DNA from: a virus
IMG/VR virus record: IMGVR_UViG_3300045125_000101
Location: 74,068-138,067 of that record
Strand: one strand, 5' to 3'
DNA: 64,000 nucleotides
Below, piece by piece: positions 63,490 to 64,000 of the stretch. The position numbers and the translations under genes are program-made. Each line of letters starts with the position of its first letter. Positions within the stretch are counted from its first letter, which is position 1. The notes under the pieces are model-generated. The model saw only the letters and a list, made by a program, of their open reading frames with translations, was not told where the DNA came from and ran no database searches.

Positions 63490-63920
63490 TCGGCAACTGT
63501 AAGTGTGCGACGAGTGGGCGTAGGTGCCTTGTATTCGTTGGTGTATTCGTTGGCGTAAGCGTAGGTCTGGTATCGCCGGCGTAAGCGGTGTTCGGTATTC
63601 GTTGGCGTAAGTAGGTGTTCCGGTATTCGTTGGCGAGTTATAGAACCACTGAGAGTTGGATGCAATTGACGGAGTTAAGGTATTTGATGGTGTTCTGGTA
63701 GGAATGGTGTGGTGTTGTGTTGAACTTTTTGTAGAGTTGGTGTCGTCGTAGGAGTTATTGTTGTAGCAGGAGTTCTTGTAGAGTATGCGTAGGAGTGTTT
63801 ATACGAGTTGAAGCTGGCGACTAGGTGTGCGCATTCGTTGGAGTAGGGGTTGAAGTTTTTGTTTGAGTTGGAGCTGGCGTAGAAGCGTGTACGACTTGGC
63901 GTGGGCGTAAAGCGATACGG
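63490..63920 (-). repeat. Thr/Pro-rich (TPT)n low-complexity coding repeat
   Basis: Repeated GTATTCGTTGGCGTAAG-type units encoding TPTNT on the - strand. Confidence 0.55.
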
Positions 63921-64000
63921 CGGCACGAAAAACGCGAAAGCGTTTCACGATAAATGGAAAACTGTTAAACACCCAAATTGAGGGAATGAACGAAGACAAT

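Noticed and set aside
63490-63920. CRISPR array
   Set aside because: The units are degenerate codon-phased Thr/Pro repeats without unique spacers; the same applies to 24160-24300.
1-64000. Widespread pseudogenisation or programmed frameshifting
   Set aside because: Indels hit nearly all long genes, including the DNA polymerase, often at homopolymers, and worsen towards the right end. This fits long-read error.
1-64000. Alternative genetic code (stop reassignment)
   Set aside because: Breaks are frame changes rather than in-frame stops. Intact genes translate in code 11, and no clear CTA or TCA suppressor tRNA is present.

Overview
The window is a 64-kb, AT-rich segment of a large tailed-phage (T4-like/jumbo-type) genome, almost all transcribed on the - strand. 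Most long genes are broken by single-base indels that look like long-read errors, so merged gene coordinates are approximate. From right to left it holds: (1) a glycosylation block (57-63.4 kb); (2) family-B DNA polymerase, sliding clamp and clamp loader; (3) a 2H phosphoesterase, an HhH-like protein and an Rnl2-type RNA ligase split in two by a free-standing LAGLIDADG endonuclease; (4) a ~24-kb RNA-gene region with 26 readable tRNAs, 2 tRNA-like genes, tmRNA, HNH/DUF559-like endonucleases and at least 8 unassigned structured RNAs; (5) bacterial-type surface genes (PEP-CTERM, haemagglutinin/TPS-domain, two Ig-domain proteins, putative porin) that suggest, by inference, a Verrucomicrobiota host; (6) UvsE and other nucleases; (7) a ~14-kb glycosyltransferase/NDP-sugar cluster. 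The most unusual elements are a 225-nt RNA with tRNA-like ends, a 92-nt RNA resembling the tmRNA tRNA-like domain alone, tRNAs with abnormal variable arms, a duplicated covarying RNA motif upstream of tRNA-Asn, the split ligase, and enzymes sharing an ATATTTAT upstream motif plus an N-terminal KLKDLL..E peptide. All assignments come from reading motifs by eye; no searches were run.
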